Origin: Harriotta raleighana
Taxonomy: Eukaryota
DNA: 64,000 nucleotides
Direction of reading: 5' to 3'
NCBI GenBank assembly: GCA_050575255.1
Contig: JBNZDD010013687.1
Location: forward strand, 4,512,082-4,576,081
Translations under genes and position numbers: made by a program
Notes under the pieces: model-generated
The model's input: the letters and a program-made list of their open reading frames with translations, nothing else
What the model was told of the DNA's origin: nothing
Databases searched by the model: none
In this document: piece after piece, positions 47,241 to 58,791 of the stretch
How the letters are laid out: the number at the start of each line of letters is the position of its first letter
How positions within the stretch are numbered: the stretch's first letter is position 1

Positions 47241-50200
47241 AGAGAAAATTAGAGCACCCAATAAACGAGACCCACTTTAGTCTATCTGCACGGACACTTT
47301 AACATCTACCTGCACGATCAATACTGTGTATCGGTGGGGGAGGTGGGCAGATGGAGAATTGATCGATATTATACCCCCTCCTTCCCCGCACCACCATCAC
47401 ACACACAATCACAGAGAGCATTAAACAGCACAAACACCGAGCGTCAACTCTTCCACTGCAACGGTTCCCACTATCAGCAAATGTAAACTGAAATTATTCT
47501 GTAAATGGAGACCGAAGGAATCCCGCGTCGTTTTGTAACCCGCAGAGCTAAAAAGAGCGACCCTTTGTGAAGCATGAACGCAGGTTACTGTATGACTGAA
47601 TGCTGTTCTTTGCATTGTTTTTTTTGGCTTGAGGTTTGAAGCAATTGTTCTGCAGGGTTAGCATTCACCCGCATATCAGTGCTAGATCTAGCCCCAAATA
47701 TTTTCTTTTGGTGTTTATAGATTTTTAGAATCGTAATTTGGTGTACAGATGAAGCCGACAAAATACGAGCAATACAGACTCGATTCTTAATCGCAGAACA
47801 GGTATTTTTCTAATACTAAATGTGACGAATAAGATATACAATGATATTTCGTGCAGGGCATAAACGACGTATTTCGACTAACGTGTTCGAGCAAAGATCA
47901 AAAACCCATTTAACAAACACAGTAACAATTAAGGCAGATCAGTTATTCATTCGATCATGGTTTTGAAGTCGATGCTTATTTTCGCTCTCAATACTTTTCA
48001 CCCCCGCCGAGAAGGGGCGCCACTGAACAGGCTTGAAGTACAAGAGTCAAAGGATGGGTTGGACCAAACACTGCACAGTCTAAAGTGTTTTGTGCTTCTT
48101 CTAAACGGCCGAGTAAAATCACACTGGCAAAGTAAAGTAGTGTCATGTATCTACTGCACACTGGTACTGAAATATTTCAGTAAATAATTAATGCTACCAC
48201 TGAAAGGTCAACCATTTCAGAATTGGAGATGAATATTCTAAAGGGATTTGACACTGGATCCATATGCTTCCTTGTGCTGTAAATTTCAATCTGTCCCTCT
48301 GTCCCTCTACTCCACCTGTAACAAAGGGTTGAAGCAAGTATAAATGTTTATCATACACGCAATCTTTTTAATTCTTTCATATCACGTGACAGGAATGTAC
48401 ACTTAATTGAATCCAGTTCGGTTTGTTTTTTTAAACCCTGGAACTCGTGTAATCTTTTAAAAAATGAATGTAAAGTGTTGCATGTGTCGTACATACACTG
48501 ATAATTGGCCACCTGCTTTTTTTTTTAAAAATTACATTTATTGTTTAATATTAATGCTTAATAAATCACACGAAAAATATCAAACAATAGGAAGACTATC
48601 CTGAAAATAGAATACCATCAAAGATATAATAGCAAAAGTGGTTATAAACTCAGTCTTGTGCGAATCAGGATTCTACAGCAAAGTCGTTGGAGTCTCCTGT
48701 CTCCTGTCCAAATTGCATTTGGATGATTTCTTGCCCACAAGCCAAGCCTACCAGTGTCTAAAATATTTGTCATTGAACATTCTTTGCTCAAGGCTCCGAT
48801 TGAGAAATATGCAAAGCAAGTGGGTCGGTAGGAGTTTTAGTGCAAAATTATTTGAAGCATTTGAACCGAACGGAAATCATTCCGAAGCTATGTTTGGGAA
48901 GGTGTTCATCGTTTCACGGTACCCCCATTAAAGTTCTTCACATTTTATTTAAAGCATGATTTGATTTGTGACATTGTGTAACACAGATTCATAATGCGTA
49001 GTTTCTGTAATTTGGTATTTTTATGGAATAGAATGCTTCAATTGCATATACATAGATAAAACAAAATTGTTGCATAACCTTGATACACTCCAAAGAGAAT
49101 AAAAGCAACAATAAATTGGATTTATGTATCGCCTTTCAGCCTTTCAAGAGAAGACTCTTGTTGCAACTGAGTTGAAATAATAATCAGCGGTGAAACCGGT
49201 GGATGTCGATCCCGCCTTCATCAATTGTACAGATTGACGTACAGATCTAAAGGAATTATTTTTTCCATGTAGAAATCACTGTAATACCCCTGATGTCCAT
49301 ACCCAATCTTTGTTTCCAATATTTTTCTAGGAGATTTACAAGGCAAGTTTTTTTGAACTCTGACCCCAGCCACCTTTATCATATGAGTATTTGTGATATT
49401 CTGTGTTTCCGAAAAAAATTTCACTGAAATATCAAGATATTTTGAAATGTAAAATATTTATGAAATAACTACACATCTCGCAACGGAGGGCGAAATAAGA
49501 AGCCATCAAATCGAGATTATTATTTGTAAAAACCCTACAGAAGTTACCAGGTGAACTGGGGCTGGCTGATTAATTCTCTATGGTATGATAATAATCATAA
49601 CATTTTGTGTTCTATAACAGTTACTGTAGTGTTGGCGTCATCTCAATCCAAATAATTCTGGTTCAGCCAAACACATTAGCGTTATACGGATCAGCTGAGG
49701 TTGATTATTGTGATATTATATTGTCCCTTGTTTCATTGTTGCACCATTTATCGGATGTTTTTTTTAGAATATTCTTCCTTGTGTATCAGATACTAAACAT
49801 TCATAGCCGACAAGGAATTTGCATTTAAAACTGTAACACAATTTATTTCACCAAACCACAGTTTGCTTCATGGGCTTGTTTTGAAATGATGAAGCAGAAG
49901 AGTGAGAAGCTAGATGTAATGATCATCTCGATTCGAGATATAATGTTTAATTCATTATAGATGACAAATCTACAAACCTAATACTTAATCCAACAAAAAA
50001 GGGAAGAAGGTGGTTGTCTTTTAAAAAAATATTATTTCCAACCGAGTGATTTGATATAAGTAACACAAAAATGTGACCGATAGATTCAAACAGAAGCTAG
50101 AGGTGTATATTGTACACACTATCCCATGCCCGCATTATCCGGTGCCTATTGAAACGGAAGCTAGGTGTGGTATACTTTGTCGGGGTCATTGACAATATGC

Positions 50201-51149
50201 AGTATTTCAATCAACGATGAAGAATCCTCAGGAGAACTCAATGCATCGCCCCAAACATTATTGGGCCAAACGATATTATTGAATATGTTTAACAAACCAA
50301 TAGTTGGTCAGACATAAAAAAAAGTAACGTACATCGAGTTGAATCTCTATAAGGTCAAACCCTGTGACCCCCCTCCCCCCTCCTCCCACGCCCCCTCTCC
50401 CACCTTTCTTTCACTGCACACTACCTCCCTCCTCCATACTTGCTGGTTTAACAGAAGTGTGAATCGGAGTCGTAAAATCTGTCATCGGGAAAGGGGTTTG
50501 AATTCAGGTAATCATTTTTCTCTATTTCGAACCTGTAAGTAAAACCATCAATAGAGGCCGCTGTTCACGCTCGGTTTCTGTTAAATGAGGTCTCTCTGAG
50601 GCACACACCTCTCTTGCGATCGACCTACTTACTGCAGTATTACTAATTGTTGCTGGGATGCTGGGAATCCTAAAGTCCCAAAGTAGAACGTGTTCTGATT
50701 CAGAAACTCTGCGGTAATCGTGTTTAATATCTATTGGGCTTCACTTCGGTTGCTTGTTGATGCTTCGTTAACACCAAGCAAATGTTCCTACAGGTTTTCT
50801 GTAATTATTTCAAAAATTGGTCAAAATCAAACGATTTTCTTTCGCAGCCCCTCGTCAACGTTGTTTGAATCGAGATTGATAGTTTTGGACATTTGGATAA
50901 CACTTTCAAACATTGGTGATAGATATTTAGCATCCGTGTAATAGCAACACAACATTATAATAGTTAACACAATTATATTATTGCTTCTGTGGTCATTCTT
51001 CTAGAAGTTGTGATTTTATTTAACAAGCCACACTGGCTTTGTATATACGCAAAACACATTCCGGAGTCAAACATACTGTTCCAATCTATGATCCTCAGTA
51101 ATTTGCATTGAGCAATCTTTGCCTTATTATATTGTATTACCTATTTGAC

Positions 51150-51338
51150 CTGATAATAATCCCTCAAGAAAAAATAATAATTTGGTCACTCAATCCACGA
51201 CAGTTTGTGGTACAGTGCTGTGCGCAATTCGCTGCCGCATTTCGCCAACAAATATGCAGTCAATTCATATTCATATTTCACTCTTAGAAGACGTGAAAAC
51301 TGTTATATCAAATGTAAGGAGTATTATTAGTATTACTA
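51150..51338 (+). mobile_element. 5'-truncated SINE
   Basis: ATAATAATCCCTC...GTGCTGTGCGCAATTCGCTGCCGCATTTCGCC...GTGAAAACTGTTATATCAAATGTAAGG followed by (TAT)n. Confidence 0.85.
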
Positions 51339-54300
51339 CATTCACAAAAGCAAATTAATAATGAGCATGTCAAGATTTAGAAGTGATAGTAACAATAATC
51401 AGAATATCACAACAATAACAGATGATTTATGTGGAGCTGGCATCATTAGGTCGCAAATGATGGAGCTTAGAGCTATTGTTGTGTTTTGTTGCTAAATAGT
51501 TTTGATAAGTAAAGCATCTTATCACAAAACAGTGATTGTTTTATCGAAGCTTGCACCTTCTTGCGAGACGAAAACATAAATCATTCGCATAATCAGATTA
51601 GTATATTAATCGAAACATAATTTTATCAGTCAGTTTTGCCCTGTTGACATATTTCCATATTTTGGAATCTCACTCCCTGGGATAACCACATTGAGAGAAG
51701 CTTCGCACGAAAAGTCTTTATTTGAGTATTACTAAAATATGATCAAAATATCACAGGTATCAATGGGGGCAATTTAACTTTCAACTGAGTTAATAATTTA
51801 CAATTAAAGTGTTGACATCTGTTTCCTGGAATTTAAGATTAAACCACTGAAATAAAAGGAAGTCTCAGCTCTTTTGACACAAGGAGAAGAAAAAGCTACA
51901 ACATACAAGAAATTGTTTTTTGTAATAACTCACGAGCAATGTCATTTTGCTTACACTAACATAGAGGTTTGGTATGATTCAATAATTATTTTTCACTACA
52001 ATAACGCCAGCTAGACGGAACGCATCTAACCTTTAAAAAAAAGTCTATGTATCTATGTATCCGCGTGTTACTGTGATTCAAAATAATTAACGGATTTAGA
52101 TGCAATTTAGATGAATTTGAGCACAATCTAACCTTTTCTACACAAACGAATTGAGATATTATTATTTTCTTAGTAATAACGTAAAAGTTATGAATTATAC
52201 AAAATCACCAATCAACAGCCTCTTCTTTTCAGATTATATATATTAATTTAAGTTTCCAAAGAATATTTTGTCAATGGTAAAACCTTTATACACCTGAAGG
52301 GTATCTTTAAAGAGTGAAAATAATCAAAATAGCCCCAAAGGTAAGTTTGGAGTGAAAAGCGTGGTTGTAAATCGTCATAACTTTAACATATTAAAATTTA
52401 TAATTTGAACAAGCAAAAAAAAGCTATGGGCATCAAATCAATTCTCACATTTTGGTGGCATTTTTTGTGTTCGGAATTGTATCGTTGATGAAGAAATTCG
52501 TCTGCACCACAGTTTGTGGCGCATCTGTGTTCTGATTTGGTTTGTGACTGAGTTGATTGACAATATCTAGCCCTGTACGACATCCTGAGTGTTATCAAAT
52601 GGATTGTGTCAGGTCAGAAGCTATTGAAAATCTCCATCTAGACACTGTGAAGTGAGCACATAAACATAGAAAGGACCTCGCTATTCTCAACACAGGATTG
52701 TAAGAACCTACACATTTGCACTCCATCCCTTCTCAGTTAGCATGTAGCATCCAGAGCAGAAAATGTGGTCAATTGTAAAGGGTAAAATCGCGTGTATTAT
52801 TTTGTTTTGCAATAATGCACAGCTGCTTCACCGCAGCAGGTAACAAAACACGTTAGTGTTGGCGAGGAAGAAACCATTTTTAACATTGCGGTGTCGACAA
52901 TCCAGCTCTGCAGAAAAGTTCTGCACAGCATTCAGCTTCATATCCGCTAACCAGTATGCAGATGATGGCATTCTGATTAAATACATTAAATCAAAGTAGA
53001 TTATTCCTACGTTATTGGAGTTTGACTCAGTGTTCGATCACCAAATACACTTCGCTTTATAGTACAGTACCCACATTACAACTGTACCGTAGGGGTTTGG
53101 CAAATAGCATTGAAGGTGGGTGGAACATTAACTATCTACTGCCAGTTATCTCAGCTCCACTTCAAACAGTGCTAATGGCCTTGCTGTGATAAAGGGCGGT
53201 CTGTCAGCCACTAAGAATAAAAACTAATATAAGGCAAACATGTTACAATACGAAGATGTTTATTTCACACCAGAGTTGATAAAAGTAATGTGAATGTTTA
53301 AACTGTTAGACCATGTGTTACACGATTTTTTATATATAGAAATTAGTGATTTGGAAATGGTTCTCTACGGTAAAAAGTAATAGCAACATCAGCTAATGCA
53401 ACCAACGGCGGATATAAAATACGGTGAATTTAATCAACTGTTTGTGTCAATATAAATAATCTGTACGGTTAGCGGTTTGAATGTAACGCTTTCATTTCGA
53501 ACCACATAATTGAAACGTTCCTGGTTATTGTTCTCGATCTTCACCATCTTTGCGAACTATTGGTAAAGTAAAAATCTATTTTAAATATGCTTGATGTAGC
53601 AAGAAGCATGTGAATCCCATCCTTGATCCGAGCATTAATCTCTGCATATTTTTATTAATACATAAAATAGACAACGAAATATAGACACTCACCCAAATCG
53701 TCACGGGATTTTTGGGGGGGCGCGAGTCAATTTGTGTCAGATGGATTTATGCCAATCACATATGTTATTAAAATCAAGGTGCACATTAAACTCGCTGAGG
53801 TGTATTTCAAGGATGAGCACAGTAAACGTCTGCTTGAGCAATGAAGGGGAGATTTAATTCTCTGATTCAAAAGGGTAGAAAAAAAAGTCTAACATTAAAT
53901 CTTGTGGAAATCTCACCTCTCTCTTGGAGAAGTGAAGTGAAGTATAATCAGGGCAGAGGTTTATACTTGAAATGATGTTAACTCATACGGGAACCTTATT
54001 GCTCCTGAACGACTTCTTGGCTACTGAATAAGAGCCCCTGAATTGAACCGAAATGATCCTTATGTATTAATATCAAGCACAGGGACAATGTGAACGACCA
54101 TTTATCCTGCCACTCTGACTCGGGATATTTAGTTATTCCAAGGTAGAGAGTGCACTTTTAACATTAAGTATTTAACATTTAACATTCAACCACATTGATA
54201 ACACTGTCTGACAGTGAAATTATTGTATGTATTCCTAAATCAAATCAGAAGTCAATGAGCTGGTGAACCACACGTTACATTTGACACAGCCATTAAATCT

Positions 54301-54459
54301 TTTTTTAACGCACCCGTTAGAGATAATGTATGACATGATTTCAAATATTGTGTTTTTAAAATTATATATTTTCCACACACACACACACCATCCCTTCATA
54401 AAGACATAAAGTAGAAATGTACCGGCAAGATAAACTTGAAAGTATTTACCTTGCCATCA

Positions 54460-54710
54460 GCATGCAACCTAATTATCTTAGCAAGATGTTGCTTCTATTG
54501 TTTGCTGGTTTGTGCCCATGCCCCGCCTCTCCTGTCTGTCTAAAACCTGGCGCCTTGCTACAACAAACAAAAGCTAGGCGCTCGCAGGTCTATAGCCTCG
54601 ACTCAATTAAGGCGGACTTCAATCACTCTCTTACGTGTACGTCCACAAGATCGGCGCTAACATAACACTGTTTATCCGTTCAGCAAATTTGCCTACTTCG
54701 CTGCTGAACC
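54460..54710 (+). promoter_or_regulatory. NKX2-1 proximal promoter and 5' leader
   Basis: FOXA-like TGTTTGC, GC box CCCCGCC, and blocks TAAAACCTGGCGCC, CAATTAAGG and TTACGTGTAC..CAAGATCGGCG that I recall from the human NKX2-1 upstream sequence. Confidence 0.7.
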
Positions 54711-55080
54711 ATGTCCATGAGCCCCAAGCACACTACGCCCTTCTCAGTTTCAGATATTTTGAGTCCGATCGAGGAGAGCTACAAGAAAGTTGGCATGGAC
54801 GCAGCGGGCAACCTCGGAGCTCACTTAACAGCCTACCGGCAGCCTCAGATCTCTCAGCCGGGGATGCAGCAACATTCTCTCGGACATACTACTTCGATGC
54901 CTACGGCAACCTATCACATGTCGCACGGGGTCCCCCAGCTATCGCACACGGCTATGGGAGGCTATTGCAACGGCAATATTGGCAACATGGGCGAACTTCC
55001 TGCTTACCAGGACACTATGAGGAACAGTGCAAGTGCCACGAGTTGGTACGGGACAAATCCGGATCCACGCTTTTCATCGA
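54711..55080 (+). CDS. NKX2-1: NKX2-1 (TTF-1) first coding exon
   Basis: [26 protein letters not shown] (TN domain) ... GGYCNG ... [10 protein letters not shown]. Donor TCGA|gtaagt at 55080/55081, phase 1. Confidence 0.96.
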
Positions 55081-56075
55081 GTAAGTCGAAATAACTGGTT
55101 TCTAACAAGGGGAATATAGCTGACTGATTAACTGAGAAAACGGTTATGGGGTGGGGGAGGGGGAAGGGGGGAATTCACGTGTCTGCCTGGAAATTTGCTG
55201 AAGTTGTAAATACGAATAGTTTTATTCAAATTGTCTCCAATTGTTTATTTTTTCAATCCATGTTTCCAAAACCATGTTTTCTTCCAATTTATGTGCTTAC
55301 CTCTTTTCCAACATAGCTTTCATTTGAGGATCAAAACCCCAACAATTTGTTTTAGAATCCATGCTTATTCCCAATATATAATTAATTCTGTTGGCAAATA
55401 CCTTTCCGGATTTTTTGAGAACAAATAAACATAAGTTTGGTTTCAACCGTTTTACCTTAGATTGAAACAAACTTTTTCTGACCACTATTTTACTTAAGTT
55501 TCAAGTTTGCGAATGAAGCCAGATTAAAGTGAACATATGTCAAAACAATGCGCTGGACGTATGTGAAATAGGTTTTTAAAAATTTGGGGTGAGGGGGAGG
55601 GGAATGGGTTCAGTCGAGTGTCTGACATATTGAATAGGAAAGCAACCGTCTTATTTTATATTAATAACTGTTTAACACTATTTAAATAATTGGGTTGCAC
55701 TATCCTTAAATTACATTATATTTGTACATAAAATAGCAATTGACCTCCAGATCATTGATGCATAAATTTCTTTTTTTTGCGCTTAAAAAAATGAGCAGTG
55801 TTGCTTAATTCGGTTTTGCATTGTTTACATGAAATGCTCATCTGAAAAAAAATCTTAAATATCCTTTTGAAATTTTGAAATGTTCACTACGATTAAACTG
55901 CTCAAATACATCTTAATATTGGATGCTAATGTAATTCGTTAGCAGTAAACATCCGTTTTGGGATTGTTTATAAATTGTGATGGAGTGAGGACACACTCAG
56001 TATGTCATAGCAACATTTATACATTGTTCTCTTGACATTTTTGTCTATGTTTATTCATTTGTTCCCGTTTTCTAG

Positions 56076-56755
56076 TTTCCCGCTTCATGGCACCTTCCTC
56101 GGGAATGAACATGGGCGGAATGGGCGCTTTGGGCTCCCTTGGAGATATTGGCAAACCTATGGCTCCTCTCCAGAGCACACCGCGGAGGAAACGCAGGGTG
56201 CTGTTCTCTCAAGCCCAGGTTTACGAGCTGGAAAGGCGCTTCAAGCAACAGAGATATCTCTCCGCCCCTGAAAGGGAACATTTGGCCAGTATGATCCACC
56301 TCACGCCTACCCAGGTGAAGATCTGGTTCCAGAATCACCGCTATAAGATGAAACGGCAAGCCAAAGACAAGGCGGCGCAACAGCACATGCAGCAAGACAG
56401 CAGCTCTTGTCAGCAGCAACAACAGCAACTGTCGCCCAGAAGAGTAGCAGTACCTGTCCTGGTTAAGGATGGCAAACCATGCCAAGGGAGTGCCAATGCC
56501 CCAACCACCACCATGCAGACCCAGCAGCAAGTTCCCAACACTGCAATCACAGCAGCTGTCAATGGCTCTGCTGCCCACGGCCCATCTCAAAGCCAGCAAG
56601 CAAATAGCACAGGTCAGACATCGGAATTAGGACAGACCTCCGCAAGCCCATCTCTCCAAAGCCACATCACTAGCTTGTCTCACTTAAACTCTTCCAATTC
56701 TGATTATGGTACAGCAATGTCCTGTTCTACCTTAATGTATGGCAGGACCTGGTGA
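56076..56755 (+). CDS. NKX2-1: NKX2-1 second coding exon: homeodomain, NK2-SD and C-terminus
   Basis: Acceptor cccgttttctag|TT gives I-S-R-F-M. Homeodomain [20 protein letters not shown]...[14 protein letters not shown]2-[19 protein letters not shown] and terminal YGRTW. Joined CDS is 1050 nt (349 aa). Linkage to PAX9 favours NKX2-1 over NKX2-4. Confidence 0.96.
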
Positions 56756-57389
56756 ATTGAATCACTCATGAGTGTACCAAATCCACGCTGTATTGATTCA
56801 TGTCTACTGTGCTTTAGTAAAAACTATCTGTAGATGTGCATCAATATAGGAACATTCTCTCGGACAATATACAAATCTCCGGGTTAAATTGTTTTTTTGA
56901 TAGACCTGACGGCAGTATATTGCTGATTGGACATATTGTCGGATTGACTAGGTTTTCTCGAATATGCAGATAAATACTAAATGATACAGAGCACAGATCT
57001 GTTCATATGTAAGGTCTATAAATATAATGTTTTGGGGGTGGCGTCGTTTAGAAAAGACTTTTTGAAACATAACACAGTGTTTAAACAAAACGACACTCTG
57101 TAATATGCTTTCCTCCGAAAGGGAAGAAATGCAATAGTTTATTTAACACAACCTGGCATTCTCGTAGTTTTTACAATAAAACTTAGGTGTATATTTCTGT
57201 AAAATACGCACACCTGGGCTGAATTTATAGTTTTTAGTAATCTGTATATTACGCTGTAAAAAAAAGTTTTCATGATGGACTAAGCGTGTACAGTATTTGA
57301 TAGTTTGTTCGTTATTGACCGCGTCAGAGAGTCGTTTTTGTTGTAACTTAAAATAGATCATCGGTGTAAATATAGTGCTGAGAGCTTCT

Positions 57390-57395
57390 AATAAA
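57390..57395 (+). terminator. Candidate NKX2-1 polyadenylation signal (alternative at 57175-57180)
   Basis: AATAAA about 635 bp after the stop, followed by T/GT-rich sequence. Confidence 0.45.
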
Positions 57396-58659
57396 TTATG
57401 AAACTTAAAACGAAATACTTAGAATTGTTTTTATTGCATATTGTATCTTTGCCTGAATGTCACCCCGTTTATTTTAGTGGAAATCATAGTTCCCCAGGCT
57501 GTAAAACATATCAAACTGTAGTTATATTTTCCATAGATAGGAAAACGAGTCGACAATTTCGCTTTTCCCAGTTATCGCAAAAGCAATGGGCCAGCTAGAA
57601 AGGTCTTCCACGATTTTCTTTTTCCCAAGGCACCAGTGGAGCCGGTTGAACAAACACACAGGAACTGATAAGGTATTACATTTTGGTTTAATCACTGTTT
57701 ACTATGAGAGCACGTGGACTAACTGAATAGTTTCATACGCTTTGGTGGCTTGTGGAGGAGCAAGTAGGTCATTTTTACTGAGGAAACTGTGATTTTAATT
57801 TAGCTCATTTTGAAACGCCAGGTCAATTGGTATTATGACAGTATTAACCGTGGCCCTGTACAGTGAAGTTAGTGTAAGTAAGTGCAGTGCGGAATGACCT
57901 GCTCTGTTAGCGGTGCTGTCGATAATCAGCAGTTCAAAGTCCAGATATGTCAAACGTTACTGGTTTCAATCCGTGAATTGATCGTAAACTGCAGAGATAT
58001 CTAACGATGTTAAACACTCACATCGCTACGCCGAAATTAATTTTGGATTAATTCCATAGAGCGAATTATAGTTAAAGTAGATAATGAGGCCAAAGTGCAT
58101 TTCAATTAGAGTGAGCGCATCTGATTTCTCGGTGGAAGACACTGTTTGTTTTGGCATTAAGGAAATCTCAGTTGTTTGCTGTAGACAAAAGGCAATGATT
58201 TACATGTTGCTCGGCCGGGCTCAGGCCCATTTAAAACTAGGCTTGTAGTCATCTGGATATTTCAGTAGTGATTCAGCACACATATTTCAAATGCCGATTA
58301 AATATTTCCCGTTTATAACAACCAAACGACCATGCTTTAGGTTACATGTATATTTTCCGAATTCTTTGCTTACTTTATCTATAAATAAATATTTACTGCG
58401 GGAAGCAAATAATTCCTCGAATTGCCCACGTCGTTCTATAGAATAGTTCAACAAGGTCCTGCATTGGAGTAAAAAAACTAACAATTTTACGTATCTACAC
58501 TGAAAACATAAGTACATAATTAAATAATTTTGCCATTGATTGTTTTTGGAGGAAGATATGTAAAAGTCAAAGATCAATACCAATTGATCGATATGAATTT
58601 GAAACTAATGTTTGATTCTCTCGCCTGCAGAAGGATTGATTTTACTCAGTGATAATCGC

Positions 58660-58791
58660 CGCTCTCCTTCACCCTCCCCCAACCCGACCCTAGCTCGGGT
58701 CTGAAACATTGACTGTTCAGCGCCTTGGGACGTCCTACCGACGTGAAAGACGCTATACAAATGTGATTTCGTTGTTGTTGTTGTTGTTGTT
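58660..58791 (+). mobile_element. Well-preserved L2 LINE 3' terminus with (TTG)7
   Basis: GCTCGGGTC...GACTGTTCAGCGCCTTGGGACGTCCTACCGACGTGAAAGACGCTATACAAATGTGATT then (TTG)n, matching the ends of the L2 copies at 21370 and 24441. Confidence 0.88.

Noticed and set aside
54440-54456. Minus-strand donor CAAG|GTAAAT upstream of NKX2-1 as an antisense transcript exon
   Set aside because: It is a single moderate donor with no partner exons identified, which is within chance.
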